Assembly (NCBI GenBank): GCA_937625935.1
Contig: OW569364.1
Location: forward strand, 441,257-505,256
Source: Tetramitus jugosus
Lineage: Eukaryota > Protista > Heterolobosea
DNA: 64,000 bases
Direction of reading: 5' to 3'
In this document: positions 33,449 to 47,270 of the stretch, in pieces
Position numbering within the stretch: the stretch's first letter is position 1
How the letters are laid out: every line of letters starts with the position of its first letter
The notes under the pieces: model-generated
What the model saw: the letters and a program-made list of their open reading frames with translations, nothing else
Database searches by the model: none
What the model was told of the DNA's origin: nothing
Translations under genes and position numbers: made by a program

Positions 33449-35502
33449 ATGTTTAGCCATCCGAACACTCCGAATGTGATGGCGACGCACCCAAACCCAC
33501 CACTCACCAAAGATTACCTCCACATACTATCCCACCATAATCATCACACCATTCACCTACCCACACTCAAAGCTCTTTCATCATCCAACAACTACAACAA
33601 CTACAATACAACAAATATTACCATGAACAATTTTTCATCAGATCATCATGCAAGCTTCATACGACAACAACAACAACAACGATCAAACACACATATCGCT
33701 CATGAATCACTCCCAAATTCTCTCACTGAAATGATTCGTTCTCAACAACAACTACAGTTGAATCCAACAATGATCAAAATATTGTGCATGATTCCAACTA
33801 GACAAGATACATTCCATCATCAACAGTTTGGTCAGTATGCAATTGCAACCTGTATCAATCAACCTGATCCAAATCAATTATTTATAGTTGATTTGATCAA
33901 CAACGGTCAATTGATACAAACATTCAAGTATGCCATGAAAAGTTTTGTTGTTTTTTTTTAATGTTTTTTCTTCTTACTTACATGTTTTGTTTGATATGTT
34001 GTTGTTGCTTCATATGATCATCGCATCTGACTGACAGTTTGGAGCAAGTACAGAGAGATCAAAAATTTTTCCATTGCTCAGATTTTGGAACGATAAAGTT
34101 GTCAGCGAATGAATCAACAACCAATTGGACTCCATTTTCTTATCAACACAACAACAACAACAACCATCAATACTCTGATGTGAGCTCTCAATATCAGTTT
34201 GTCATGCATGGAACCATGTTTTGTTATTATAGAAAAAGTGATGGTCAATTGTTTGGTGGAACATTGGAAGCAGTGTCCAACAACAAGAGCTGTCTTCACT
34301 ATTTGTCCCCACCATCATCATCGCCAATGATCAAATTCTCCATGAACGTGCTATTTCGAATGACAATACCACGATTCTCTGAAGACAATATTGTATGCAT
34401 GTTTCCTGATGCCAGTTCACAAACAGCTTTGATTGCAGTTCGGAAATTAAATGCGCCATTTGATTCGACAGTCTATTGTCTGTATTTGAGACCAATGAAT
34501 GACGTGTACATTAATATTCGGTACGAGTTGATAAATGTGGCACCGACGACGAATGATGGTCGATTGTTGTTGAACAGAAATGGAGAAACTATATGTTATA
34601 TGAAGAATGATCATGATACGATATGTGTGTTGAAAGTGGGTCACTATGTCGCAACAAGTGCATCCCAGCAAATGAGCAATGGCACTCAACAAAATTGCAT
34701 TGTGGAATATCAATTGAAAAAAGTGTTGGAAAAGGGTAGAATGATGAGATATTCGTTCATGTCTTCCATCGATGCATCATCACCATCCAATAGCATTCCA
34801 ACAAGTGATTTGATTGAAATGTTCATGTACCATAACAATATCTCATCATCAAAGTCAAAGAAGAGAATGAAAATGAGTTGTGATCAGACAGGTCAATTGA
34901 CAACAACTTCACGCAACAACATGCTTCAATGCAGTAGTCAGAACATGGTAGACATTTCTCCAACACAGCAGTACCAACATGATAATCACAACTCTAGAAC
35001 GATATCTCTGGTGCAAAACAATGGAACAATCTATTGCATTCAACTGGTGGATTCCCCAACAACAAGCATGATTCGTATTGTGAATATGAGCACATCCCAA
35101 ATGTTGGAAATTCCTCAGATCGACCCGCAGCAACAAACACAGCATCAACTCTTTCCACAGCAACAACCACAAATACTGCAATCCCAACAAGATCAACAAC
35201 AAACCTTTAACAAAGAAGTTTTTATGGTTCAAAATATGAACAATGTACAGCGACAATACTTCCTGGGCAGTGATGAGAACAAGGACATTTTTGCCAGTCC
35301 GTCCATGATGCTGAATAATGTGAATTTCTCAACGAATTCAATGATGGGAATGGTCACACGCTCATCCCCAAAGAAGTTGAATCGATTTCGATCCAACAAG
35401 CTAATGAGCTCACACTCTTCCTCTCTCAATCAGAGACTTGGAACAAGGAAGCGGAAAAGACGTCTCCACTCGGAGTTTTTTTCGGACGGAGATTTCGATT
35501 AG
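33449..35502 (+). CDS. Unknown Q/N/S-rich protein, 2 exons (intron 33928-34037)
   Basis: GTATGC...CTGACAG intron joins the two ORFs in frame. C-terminal basic NLS-like RKRKRR. Confidence 0.7.
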
Positions 35503-35704
35503 GGGGTCAAGGAATTGGAGAACAAACCAAAACACGTTGCGCGGATCCAATTTATAATTCTGCGCCACAATAAAAAAATTTAGACTGCGTTCCACGAACA
35601 ACAACGACCACAACACATTTATATCGCAGCAACAACAAACACAAATTCAATTCAGTTCGTTCAACACCACACCACTTCTAGGAGTAAAATAACACAAAAT
35701 CATC

Positions 35705-37262
35705 ATGCCAATCGCACCAGTGAGACCACTGTCACTAGCACTCTTATTTTTCGCGCTTTTGGGATGCTCTCTGCTTGTTTTTGGTATCAGTTATTTGTTG
35801 CTCTCACCAAAGACAAAAGATCCTCGTGTCGAAGAGTACAATACACGAGTAGACTTGTGGAAATCGAAATATCGGCAACGAATGTCAAAATATCGATTCA
35901 ATGTTACAGTGTTGGACATTCAGAGAAGCAAAAATTTTCCATTTTTGCCAAAACATAAACAAATGTTTGAAATGATTCAAGATGAAACCGTATGTGCAGT
36001 TAGAACTAACTTCTCATGATGAAAAGAATGAATGCATGAAGCTAAAGCGTGACATTTTTGTTCTTGTCTTTCTTATTGTTGTTTGTTCGTTGATGTGTTA
36101 TCAGCCTGATAAATTATACAAGGAATATTTTTATTCGCTGCACAAGTATGAAGCATTAAAGTACACACTAGATCAAGATAAATTGCTTGGATCAGTGCCT
36201 TTGAGCATTAACTTTACTCAAACAATTGATATCACCATTACGTACGAGTATACTGGTGATATGACTCTTGGGAATCACGAAAAGAGTGATGGCGAGACAT
36301 TATCATCACTATTGACGACGGCGAAGACAACGAAACGCAAATCATTGCAAGTGCCAAAAAGAGAAGAACCTCTTCTTGCTCCAAGAGTTGTCGTTCAGCA
36401 GTATAGACCCGATTTGAAGCGAGTTGTGGAAGAGGAAATGGATTGGCCAATCGAGTTGATGAAGGATGACAGTGTTGGTGCTGAATCCTATGTGAGTCAA
36501 GGAAGAAGCAATAGTCAAGAACGAGGAGCTGTGATCAACTATCCTATATTTATTAAACTGAGGTATCGTGACACGGATTGTCAATATGGATTTTTAGAAG
36601 GGAATCAGTGCTATTTGGTTTATGTAAGTACACAGACATGCATCATGTGAGATGTCATTTTTGATTTGTGTGTAGATGATTATGCAGAAGGTTGGAATGA
36701 CTAATAATTGTACGTTTTTTCCATTGAGTAGAAGTTGCAGTCGTTGTGCTTCAAGGTAAATGAAGTATCCCCGGGAGAACTTGCTCTCGATGATGAATAT
36801 GGTGGATATGGTTGTGCTCCAACGGACAAGTATTTCCGAACAGTGTTCACTCATAATTGGGTCGCTGCCAAATACATGTTTCTCAATGTTCGCAACACGA
36901 GCACGATTCATAACGAAACAACTGATTTTAATGAACTGACGGCTCTTGTTCGATCAGTGCGCGATCCGTTGGTATATGCAGAGTTTATTACCAATGGTAC
37001 ATTGAATTTCAATGGATTTTTTGGTCCTGGAAGTGGGCTCTACATTAGCACAACCAGAGGCTTTATTTCATTTGGTTCGATTGGAATAGGAGCATTCATT
37101 GCCTTTCCGGCCTTGATTTGTTTTGGCTTTGTTTGCATGAGGCCAAAGAAGGTAGAAGAGAAGAAGCGTTTGATCAAAGCGAATGATGGAAACAGAAGAG
37201 GGGCAGTGAACTGGGAATCCTATCTCTTCCCAAAGAGCTCTTTCTCCAGCGACGATACCTAG
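35705..37262 (+). CDS. Unknown two-TM membrane protein, 3 exons (introns 35990-36104 and 36624-36731)
   Basis: Both GT..AG introns join the three ORFs in frame. N- and C-terminal TM helices. Confidence 0.75.
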
Positions 37263-37773
37263 AAGGCGTTGATGGTTGGTTTCACACCAATGTGAGTGTG
37301 AAACACATGAAAAGAGTTGCCCCATCACGGACTTGGAGGTATCCAATGGATACATTCCAAACTGCCAGGCAGCAGTGTCTGCCAATGACCACAGATTGTA
37401 TGTGAATCGAATTGGGAAGATTTATTGTGCTTATTCTTTTTTAGGTAAAAATTCATCTCGATCACACACAAAAATAACAAGGAGTGTATTTTTGGTCGCA
37501 GTGTGGAAAGGTCTGTCTCTTCAAGTGAGATAGTATCGTTGGCCACAATCAACCAAAAAGCCGGGATAGAGAATATCGATAAAGTATTACCAAAACATCA
37601 ACACCGCTACTTTGGTTGATCTTTTTACACCAAATTAACCACGAAATATCAGAAAGTTTGAAGATTTGTTCACAAATATCAACAAGTTGGTATTTAATCT
37701 GGTCGTTAACTACTCATCCCCTTGAAGAGAGCACAAGTCGAAAAACCAATTCACCATAGTTAGCTCATTCATC

Positions 37774-40296
37774 ATGCTCAACTATACACAGCAACAAATT
37801 CTGGATGCATTCTTGACAACCACCTTATTGGAAGACACGGATTATCAGGAACTGCCAGCTGCCAGTGCAATCAAGGTTCTCCAATCTATTGAGAATGACA
37901 GTGACTTTAATGCCAACAAAGCGTCTCTCAACGCATGGAACGTGTTGGATACAGTGGCCCAGATTAGAAGAATTCTTCGACACGAGTGCCCCCAGAACGT
38001 CAATCAAACACACTTTGACACAAAGGTCGGTTATGTGTGCTACAAGGACTTTTATGGTAAGAGAACCGTGGAGAAGAAGGGTTTGTTGGGACTCACTGCC
38101 AAGAGTGACTCCACTGCAGAGCCAGTCACCAAGCGAGACGTTGTCAAATACATTACAGATGTCATTGAAAGAGAAATTTCCTACCAACAAAGGTTACTGA
38201 AACGAGAGAATCAAATCCTGGACCAAGTGGCTCACAGTCATCACCAAACACCTCATCCAACATCAGATGACTCCCAACATCAACAACAACTGCATGTTGA
38301 CCTTCCACAAGTTGACCACCAAAACAACTTTCATCATCATGTCGCGTCTCTGCCCTATCATTCGAACCAACAAGTCGTGGGTAACAGTCAACTATCTCAC
38401 ACGCTCCTCCATTCTTATTCGGAGCCCAATTTGGTCCAACTGACACATCACCATCCACACTATTCGGCGCCTCCTCACATTGCACAACTACCCGTTCAGC
38501 ACATTACTAGTCATGATACTCACCATCATCATGAAGAATATTCAAACTATTCGAATCAACATCTCCACCAACAACATGCGCCTTCGCATCATTCCACTCC
38601 TGTATCAACACCAACATCAACACACTCTCTTCCACCGATTCCAATCATGCTTCATCAAACGAGTGCTGCTTCCTCCGCTGCCGTAAGTGTTTCTTCTGTG
38701 CCTTCGACTCCTTTGTCCATGCTGTCTCAGTCCGTTCCATTTGCTGCACATGACAAACAGAGCATCATGGCAACGAGTGGGTCATCAGAACAACACTCGA
38801 GTCAAGCTACACCACCATCAGAAGACGAAGTTATGCAGAGCATATGGATCTCATTAGAAGGCATGAATCACTTTGGGTATCAAAGTGGAGAATTGTGTCG
38901 ATATTATGAGGAGCAAATTGAAGGAATTATTGCTGCTTCCTCTCCGCTCAATCTTGACGCCTGTCTCACCTATATCGAGAAGAGAACGGACAGTGAGTTG
39001 TCTGATATTGACAAGATGTTTCATCGATTCCTTGTCTGCTACTTGCAATTCTATTGTTTGGAGGACAATGACGCACAGCCGTTTGCAGAATTATTGGAAC
39101 AACTCAAGACGATGACGTCCGACACGCATCACACCAACTGCATTGGTAACTTAACTATTCTGTGCACGTACCTTCGAGGCATTTGCTTTGAGCAGCAACA
39201 ATTGTACAATAGTTCCATACCACATTACAAGAGAGTGATTCGAATGGATCCCATGTTCTCCAAGGCCTATCTCCACAGAGGACGTTGTTTCTATCTGCTA
39301 AAAATGTATGAGAAGGCAAGAGAGGACTTTAACAATGCGATCCTAGCTGATTCAACACTTTCAGAAGCGTACAGCTATCGGGGACTGTGCTACTTTAGTA
39401 GTGAGAAGTACGATAAGGCGATTGATGATTATCAAAAGGCGATCGAGCTCGATGGTCAGGACTATCGACCCTATGCATACAGAGGAGAGTGCTTGTGTGC
39501 AATGAAAAAGTATCGGAGAGCCATTCCAGACTACGATAAGGCAATTTCATTCAACAATCGAGACTCGTACATTTTCCACGGTCGAGGGATGTGTTACAAG
39601 CATTTAGAGAAGTACGACTCGGCAATCGACGATTTCACAAAGGCAATTGAACTGGAGCCTGAGAAGAAAGAGGTTTACTTTGCTCGCGCTACTTGCTACT
39701 TGGCATCAAACCAGTATGAGCGTGCTACTGTTGATTTTACTGTTACGATTCAGTATGATTCCAGAGATTCAATGGCATACTTTTATAGAGGCATGTGCTT
39801 CTACCGTACTTCTATGATAGATCTGGCAATGAATGACTTCAAGGTCGCAACCCAGTTGGATCATGACAACGCAAGAGCGTTCAACTATCTGGGTTGTTGC
39901 TTGTCTATCAAGAAGAAGTATGATGAAGCAATAATGCATTTTGAGAGAGCGGTAGATTTGGATCCTGGTCTCGCTCTGGCTTACTTCAACGCAGCCAGAT
40001 GTTACTACTTTATCGGCGACTTGAAGAAGGCTATTAGAAGATACAACATGGCGATTGAACTAGATCCAGATCACGCAAACTCGTACATGGGTAGAGCTCA
40101 GGTGTACGATAAAATGAACAAGGGCCACAAAGCATTGCGAGATGTTAAGATTGCTCTGTCGAAAGATCCGCACAATGTAGTGTTCCTCAAATATTATTCC
40201 TCTTACATGGCAAAGTTTGACCAGAAGGGTTGGCTGAAGAAGGCGGTGAGCTCGGTAAAGTCAAAATTGCACCACCATGAAATAAATAATGTATAA
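37774..40296 (+). CDS. TPR-repeat protein with His/Gln/Ser-rich linker
   Basis: About nine to ten 34-aa repeats (AYxxRGxxY..AIxDyxKAIELDP) in the C-terminal half. Confidence 0.9.
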   Translation: MLNYTQQQILDAFLTTTLLEDTDYQELPAASAIKVLQSIENDSDFNANKASLNAWNVLDTVAQIRRILRHECPQNVNQTHFDTKVGYVCYKDFYGKRTVEKKGLLGLTAKSDSTAEPVTKRDVVKYITDVIEREISYQQRLLKRENQILDQVAHSHHQTPHPTSDDSQHQQQLHVDLPQVDHQNNFHHHVASLPYHSNQQVVGNSQLSHTLLHSYSEPNLVQLTHHHPHYSAPPHIAQLPVQHITSHDTHHHHEEYSNYSNQHLHQQHAPSHHSTPVSTPTSTHSLPPIPIMLHQTSAASSAAVSVSSVPSTPLSMLSQSVPFAAHDKQSIMATSGSSEQHSSQATPPSEDEVMQSIWISLEGMNHFGYQSGELCRYYEEQIEGIIAASSPLNLDACLTYIEKRTDSELSDIDKMFHRFLVCYLQFYCLEDNDAQPFAELLEQLKTMTSDTHHTNCIGNLTILCTYLRGICFEQQQLYNSSIPHYKRVIRMDPMFSKAYLHRGRCFYLLKMYEKAREDFNNAILADSTLSEAYSYRGLCYFSSEKYDKAIDDYQKAIELDGQDYRPYAYRGECLCAMKKYRRAIPDYDKAISFNNRDSYIFHGRGMCYKHLEKYDSAIDDFTKAIELEPEKKEVYFARATCYLASNQYERATVDFTVTIQYDSRDSMAYFYRGMCFYRTSMIDLAMNDFKVATQLDHDNARAFNYLGCCLSIKKKYDEAIMHFERAVDLDPGLALAYFNAARCYYFIGDLKKAIRRYNMAIELDPDHANSYMGRAQVYDKMNKGHKALRDVKIALSKDPHNVVFLKYYSSYMAKFDQKGWLKKAVSSVKSKLHHHEINNV

Positions 40297-40330
40297 TACT
40301 GTATCATACGCTCATTCGAAGTGTTTTTAC

Positions 40331-43300
40331 TCACACATATGTTGTGTGTCGATTGAAGTAGGTAAAGTTTTGCTTCATGTTCTGTAGGAGTCTTAGGTGA
40401 GCCGGAAGATTCGTCTCTCGGAAGGGTCGGGTTGAACTAATGGTCAACCAACTCAGATCATGATACTGCTTGCACAATTTTTGTAAAAAATCGGTAAATG
40501 GTGTTGTATGTGCACCATGTATCGGAAAGTTGCATGCAAGTTGCCTAAAGTCAAATAATCGCACTTCTAAAGTTCGATAGTCCTGCTCACTAAAGTTAGT
40601 AAGAACACTTGTTTGCATGACCTGTCTTTCTTTCAAAAGGTAGGGATTGTTGTTCAGAGATGAGACCACATAACCCTTTGCCTTTGGTTTCAGTTTGGTT
40701 GCATCGTCAACTTGTTGTGTTTCTTTGTCTCCATCGATCACAATGAAAGAATTACTATAGTCAGGATTGCTCTTGATATCTTGCAGTTGTGATTCAATCA
40801 TATTGTCAATCAATACTTGTAAATTAGAGTTGTTAACGGATACTATTGACATGCTGCCCAGTATAGCAAGGTCGTTTGTGCTTGTGTGATCGCAAATACT
40901 CTTCCACAGCCCTAGTTCAATCGACCTAAAGGAGTCACTACCACCTCTCATGTCATCATAGCGACAAATTACGTAGTTCCAGTAAGATTGACCTCCCTCC
41001 ATTTTTTGCTCTAGATTATGCAGGCTGGTCATATACATGAGAGATCTTTGATGTATGTCTCTGAAAATGGTATTGAAAGCATCTTCTGTTGCCTTCTCAA
41101 TCTTCGCTGTCTCTACGCTGCCCTGGTAGACAAATATGTCTGACTCCATCAGGTGTCCAGTGCAATCTGACCATGAGGCACATATGGACAGATACAAATC
41201 CGACTCATGGGGGGAGGAATGGTTGATACTAACTATGTGATCAAGAGTTGTATATGCGCAGTGAAGGAAGGTATGTTGATGTCGCTCTATTCCCTTATCG
41301 GGTAGGCATCCCGATGATAAGCAGGGAGGAGGAGGAGACAATACAACGAGAGGCTCGTACAACATTAATGAATAGTCGCTTCCTTTTCTGGCGATGGGCC
41401 ATCTTCGTGCTCGACGTAATCTATCATACGTACTCTGTGCAATCTTTTTAAACAAAGAGAGCGGACGAATTTCATAGGCACTAATCACTTCCTCCATATC
41501 CAAAAATTGGAACGTGATATTACATCTTACCAGTTGATTCATGTCAGATTTTGCAATGGCTTGAGACACCACTTGCAGAAGGTCACAAAAGAGCCTTGAT
41601 GAAGTGAAGGCAACTGCTTTTGAACTAGAGAATGTACTAATGAGCGAGTGAATCATCGAGAATGGATTAATGATATACACCACAATAAACTCATCTCGTG
41701 GCAGTGTGTCGGCAATTGAAGCCATGGCGTTAAACGTGTGAACAAGTGTTTCAGTAAACTTGGATGTGAAGTGATTCATGAACATATTCGTATTGTCTTC
41801 TCGTACTGTAGAAAAAAACGGTCAATAACTATTCAAAGCAAAACTGAAATACAAGGAGTTACTTACGTAATGAATCATCCAATTGATAAGTTGCTATTCC
41901 ACAGTTAAGAGAATTACTCGAAATAGGGATATGAGACCCTAGCTTACAACTATCATAAGTTGCAGTTAAATTGTGAAAAAAGTCATTCAATAAATCGAAT
42001 GTTGAACCAAATTGATCGTCCACACTCACTACACAGTAGTGCACCACCTTACTTTGAGAGTAGGGCTCTAACAGTGCTTTCTCCCAAAATTGGACAATTT
42101 CAGGTGAAGCATCAAGCCATTGTTCTGTGTATCCGACTCGAATATTTGGTATGTTGAGATCAAATATATCTTTTTGTGACACGAGATCTGGATTGAGAGG
42201 ACCATTAATATGAGTGTGCAAATTATCGCTGGATTGATGCAAATCAAATAATACTGAAGTGATGTCCTGTGCAGATGTACTAATACCATCATCACTTAAA
42301 AATGAATGATTAGACCTCGAGGCAGTCTGGATGAGATCACTTGTCGTCTGCTCCATTGTTAAAGATCTTAATTTGTTGTTCGAGGTATCTATCCAAACAG
42401 AGTCGGCAATGAATTTTGAGAGTGGAACATCAATCATATGAGTGGAGTCCAAAACAGTAGTCCTAAACATATCAATCAGGTTCGATATGCCTGATTCATG
42501 ACCATACATATTCAACTCTTCATACAGTGCAATTGCGGCAGCAGTGTTCATGTAAGGGAATAGTGCTGTAGCCACCTTATTATTTTGAATCATCGGCTCA
42601 TCATCTGCGCTACTTTCACTGTCGCTATCTGAATCGCTATCCGAGCTGGAATCAGAGTCATAGTGCTCTTGTTTCAATCGTTTGTAATTTCTCTCATAGT
42701 CTCCGAATCTTGCTGTTCGCTTTTTGCAAATCTTTTGTATTTGCTTCCGCATGTTATATATATATGAAGTTATCAGTGATTGTTCTTGACTAGGATCATA
42801 CTTTTCTCGTTGAATTCTTTGCGGCAGAAAACTTGTATCTCGAGGTGCTATTACATCAACCTCGCTTTCCACCTGATACTCCTTACAGGCAAAATACGGA
42901 AGTATCTTAGATTTTTCCTTCTCATGTTCGATCGACAAAAGATCTTCTCTTGTTGTTTTCTGGACGAAATACGTTGATGATTGATCCATCGGTTCGTCTT
43001 CCTCAAATGGTTCATACACTACATTGTTTACGTCGATTGAGAACTGAGTCAGTTGGCCGAGTGCTCTGATACGACGAGAGAGTCGTTGACGCTTCAAACT
43101 TTGCACTCCAGTTTCAAGTTGTTGAATGTCATCCACACTGATAGTTGTTGGTGGAATAGACATAGCCATCAGCTCGGCTCGACTAAGTGTCTTTGTTTCT
43201 TCTGTCTTTGATATCTGCTGTTCAGGAGATTGGGCTTTTGCTACGTTTTGTTCCACTGAAGTCTGTGGAATATCTCGAAGGTCTAGTTCTTGATCGCTGT

Positions 43301-45299
43301 CTGCATCAAATTCATGGAGCAGGTTCTCTAACTCCATGTCACCCATTGTTAATGTCTCCATTCCCGAATCACTCAGCTCGTCCTCTGCTTCTGACTCAAA
43401 CTTCTTATTATTCACTCCTGCATCTGATTTTTGTACATGTGGTTCATTATCTGTCGATTGGGTGTCTTGACTAGGAAGGATGACTTCCTTTTTTAATTCA
43501 CTAGAGGTACTCTCTTCAGACACAGTATTTGCATCATTGTTAACAACTGTTGGATAATCCTGTAGGAAACGCGCAGGAATATGGTACATCATTTCTACAG
43601 TTTTCCCTTTCAGTATGGATTCTATTGGTTGAACATATTCTTCATCGTTCAGCATGACTGTACTGTGAGGGACATATGACACTTCAGAATAGTTATCAAC
43701 ATCAAGTTGTTCGTGCTCAGGTTCATAAGTGATTAAAGTGTCTGTTGGATTGGAGTATAAAATAGGAGTTTGTTGTGGTGGAAGTGGATGAAGTTCCAAG
43801 TTGGAAGGAGTACCATTCAATGCAGGAGTAATAGGGAAGGGAGTCATAGGAGGAGGTGACATTAGTTCAGCAAAGCTCTGATCTGCTGTGAGTTCATCAT
43901 AGCCCAATACAGACCCAGGTTTTGAGATATCATCATGGTATGGTTGAGGGAGTTGGTCACGTGTTTCACGTATCAATCGATCCAATGAATCGTTGACAGT
44001 TTCCATTGATGGAATCTACAGAGAGGAATATAAGTACATATGATCGTTGAAGAAAGAGCAAATAGGCCTATCAAATAAAACGAACAACCATAAAACATAA
44101 ATCTTACCTCGAACAAATGCTCCACAGGCACTAAAAACGCATCAGAATATGCACCAACCACAACAGATGCAGCATGATTGCTTATTGAGTCATCGCTATT
44201 TGCATCATTCCAGCTAATCCTGCCTGGTAGCCCACTAAGCGGTGTATACACTAATAAATTGCGCTTTGATTGTTGATCCATGCTCGACCATTTTTCGCGT
44301 AATGGCTTCAATTTTCTCTTCTCTACAAAAACATGGAAGCGAATACTGGATTCATTATGCACAAAGAACGTAAGACGAAAACCGGTCACACTCAGAAACT
44401 GATTCCTACTACTCATTGCTTCACTATCATCACTATTGTCATCAGTAGAGTAACTATGACCATTCATCATCACATGATTACTATTTTCGTTATTGTTATT
44501 ATTATTATGATTGTGGTTATTGTTTTCGTGTAGTTGTTGCCGATTGAAAATAAAGTCTCCAATGTTGCAAAACTGAGGATGACTCCGCAACGAGTATGGA
44601 TAATTGGAAACACCGGCACTACTGTCCTCATTCCCTCTGCCATTCTCCCATTTTTGTTCTTGTTGCAATAATAAATAGTGGAAATAATTTTTGAGAGAGG
44701 CCATGAGAGTGGTGTGAACAGTGGGTGATAAGTCTGATGAGAGATCTATGCTCTTTTGTTCCACTGTCTCGATATTGTTGATGAATGCTGAATGGTGAGT
44801 GATGATGATGAGATGATGAGATGATGGTCGCACATATACATGATCATTTCATGAGATGAGAGAATAGATGATGATGAATGATAACAGCAAATTTGTAGGA
44901 GAGAATATTGACTTAGTACATGAAATCTCAGCATCATCATGAAGAATCTTAAGATATTAGCTAATAGAGGCACATACATTTTTCATTCTGATTTTCTTGT
45001 TGTTGTTGTTGAGATTTGATGAGTTGATTGATCTGATCCATGAGCAACGATGGTGATGGTGATCGTTGAAACATGAAAAACAGGTGTAATTTCTGGTCAG
45101 GTAGTGATAGAGTACATGGAACGGATTGTGAGTAGCATAGTTGTGAAATTTGATGCAAAAGCTTCACATAGTGCATATTGGCTGATGATGAAGATGCTGG
45201 TGTTGATGTGTTGTCATCATTGATTGATCGTGACGTTATTGTGTAGTAGGAAAACGACCGATGGTGATCAGAAACTTCAAATGTATTGGTAAAGAGCAT
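40331..45299 (-). CDS. MED13: Mediator kinase-module subunit MED13 (multi-exon; introns about 41806-41866, 44017-44107 and 44.8-45.0 kb)
   Basis: PNIRVGYTEQW..FWEKALLEPYSQSK, YDSCKLGSHIP, WSDCTGHLME, and C-terminal QYHDLSWL..LPAH match the Med13 MID/C-terminal pattern. Confidence 0.8.
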
Positions 45300-45391
45300 T
45301 TTTGCATTCGTTTTTGACTTGTTGGTTTTGAGAAAAATTCCGACGGCCAAAAACCTTTTGCAGAATGCTTGATTGACGCTTTATGTATGTG

Positions 45392-46606
45392 TTATGAACA
45401 GCTCAATGCCTCACCAGTGACCTTGCGATAGATCATACAGGAAGCCCATTCAGCATAGCGAACTTGAGCACCCCAGTAATCTGATCCTCTTCTTGCAAGA
45501 ATAGAAACAGCATAGCTCACACCCTTGGCAGAAGTAACAATACCAATATCGTTCAGAGTATTGTAATAACTGTCAGAGGAGGTGGAACCTGGTGGCAACC
45601 AACCAGCCTTGTGACTCACTCCAGCTGCAGCAGGAAGTTTAGCTGCTAGCCATCCACCAACACCGCTTCTTGGAGCCCATGTCATCCATTGCTTCAGTTG
45701 TGCAGAATATGGAATCTGATCCAAGGCCAACTTTTCCAAGAAACTAACACAATCATTGGCAGTGAAATAGTTGTCGGATCCCATGGCACGAGGGCAGTTG
45801 GTAGCAATTCTATTGGCTCCCCATCGGCAGAAACCAGATGAACCCATTCCGACTGATTGATAGTAATCATTGACAGCGTTTGGATTAATCAGGTCAATGA
45901 CTGATCCAGTGGCATCATTGTCAGAGTTCTTGAAAACAGGACCAGCAAAAGGTTGGACTGGAGCGACGCCTCTGCCCTTCAATGCAGCACCGACCCACAT
46001 GGCCTTTGCAGAAGAAGCAGAAACGTGTGTCTCATCTCCTCTATATGATGCCAAATTTCCACTAAACTGTCCATTGTTCAACACCTTGACAGTGATGGAA
46101 ACATCGGTACGAGGGGATCGACTGGCAACAGCTTGACCAATACGAGTAATCGTGTCTTGGAGAGATCCTTGCAAAATTTGATTGTCACTGGCTCCACCAC
46201 CACAGGCCCAAACACTATTTCCGTTCACGTTGGCAACCCAAACTTGACCACCACCTTCTCTCTTCAAGTAAAACCATTCGTAGGTACCACCGAGACAACT
46301 CTGTGTCGTACGTTGCAACAATTCACCTTGAAAACCGGAAGACAGGAATGCAATTTCACCACATGGAGACCACTAGTGGTAGTGAGAGAGATGACCATGA
46401 ATAAATATGCTGGTGTCAGACCACCTTTCAAATCTCTGAGAGGGTACAAAAAGTTTCCTTCTAAAAAAAAAGATGGTGGGTGGCGTACATACTCTTGCGT
46501 TGATTCCTGCTGCGACACAGTACTGGTCTGCAACTGTTGTTGCAATAAGTTGTGATAATGTTACAGTGAACAATGTCACACACAATATGACTTGGCTGAG
46601 ATTCAT
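45392..46606 (-). CDS. Secreted SH3b-like + class A beta-lactamase/PBP-fold serine hydrolase, 2 exons (intron 46373-46492)
   Basis: Signal peptide. The splice gives INAR|WSPCGE..W..VWVA. SxxK (SSAK), SDN and KAG motifs are present. Confidence 0.8.
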
Positions 46607-47270
46607 ACTTTATTTTTATTTCAGATGTTCTCCAACTGACAGCTCGCTAGAACCGCAGAAACAAAACATGCGGCGGAGTTATTGCTCGTAACCTTACAAA
46701 AGATGACCGCGTCAACATCAGTATCGAGGTCCAAGCCCGCAATTGCACGCGATACTTCACAAGCGATTATCCCATGGACATGTAGTTGTCGAAGGAATAG
46801 TTTCTACTACCCGGTAGAAAATTACCAAACAACCGGCTTGTGTTTTCGGTGTAGTCACATTCACTCACTCCCTCCTTCTATTGCGTGGTACCACGGTTTC
46901 TCTTCAAAGGAAATCCGTGCAACTGGTCCTCATTTGAAAAGAAAGAGTTTGTTCCGTTGTTGCTGGCATCTTCAGGTTACTGTACACAGGCAGTAGGCTC
47001 GAAAGCAAGAGACAAGAAATGACAGTAAGGATACCAGAACCCTTTTTGAGTGAACAATCAATCTTTTTGTCTCATAAAGCACATCATTTTATAGAATTTA
47101 AACTAGTGGTAAGTTGGCAGGAACGTTGATTTCCATAAAAATATCGAGTGTATCTCTTCCGCAGGATTGAGGTTTCCGCTGATGGATGGAGAACCTCCTG
47201 TTTCGAGGTTCCGATTCTGTGGTCCTGAAGAACCTTATTTACAATATTTACAAAGATCAAAGGGAGGAGA

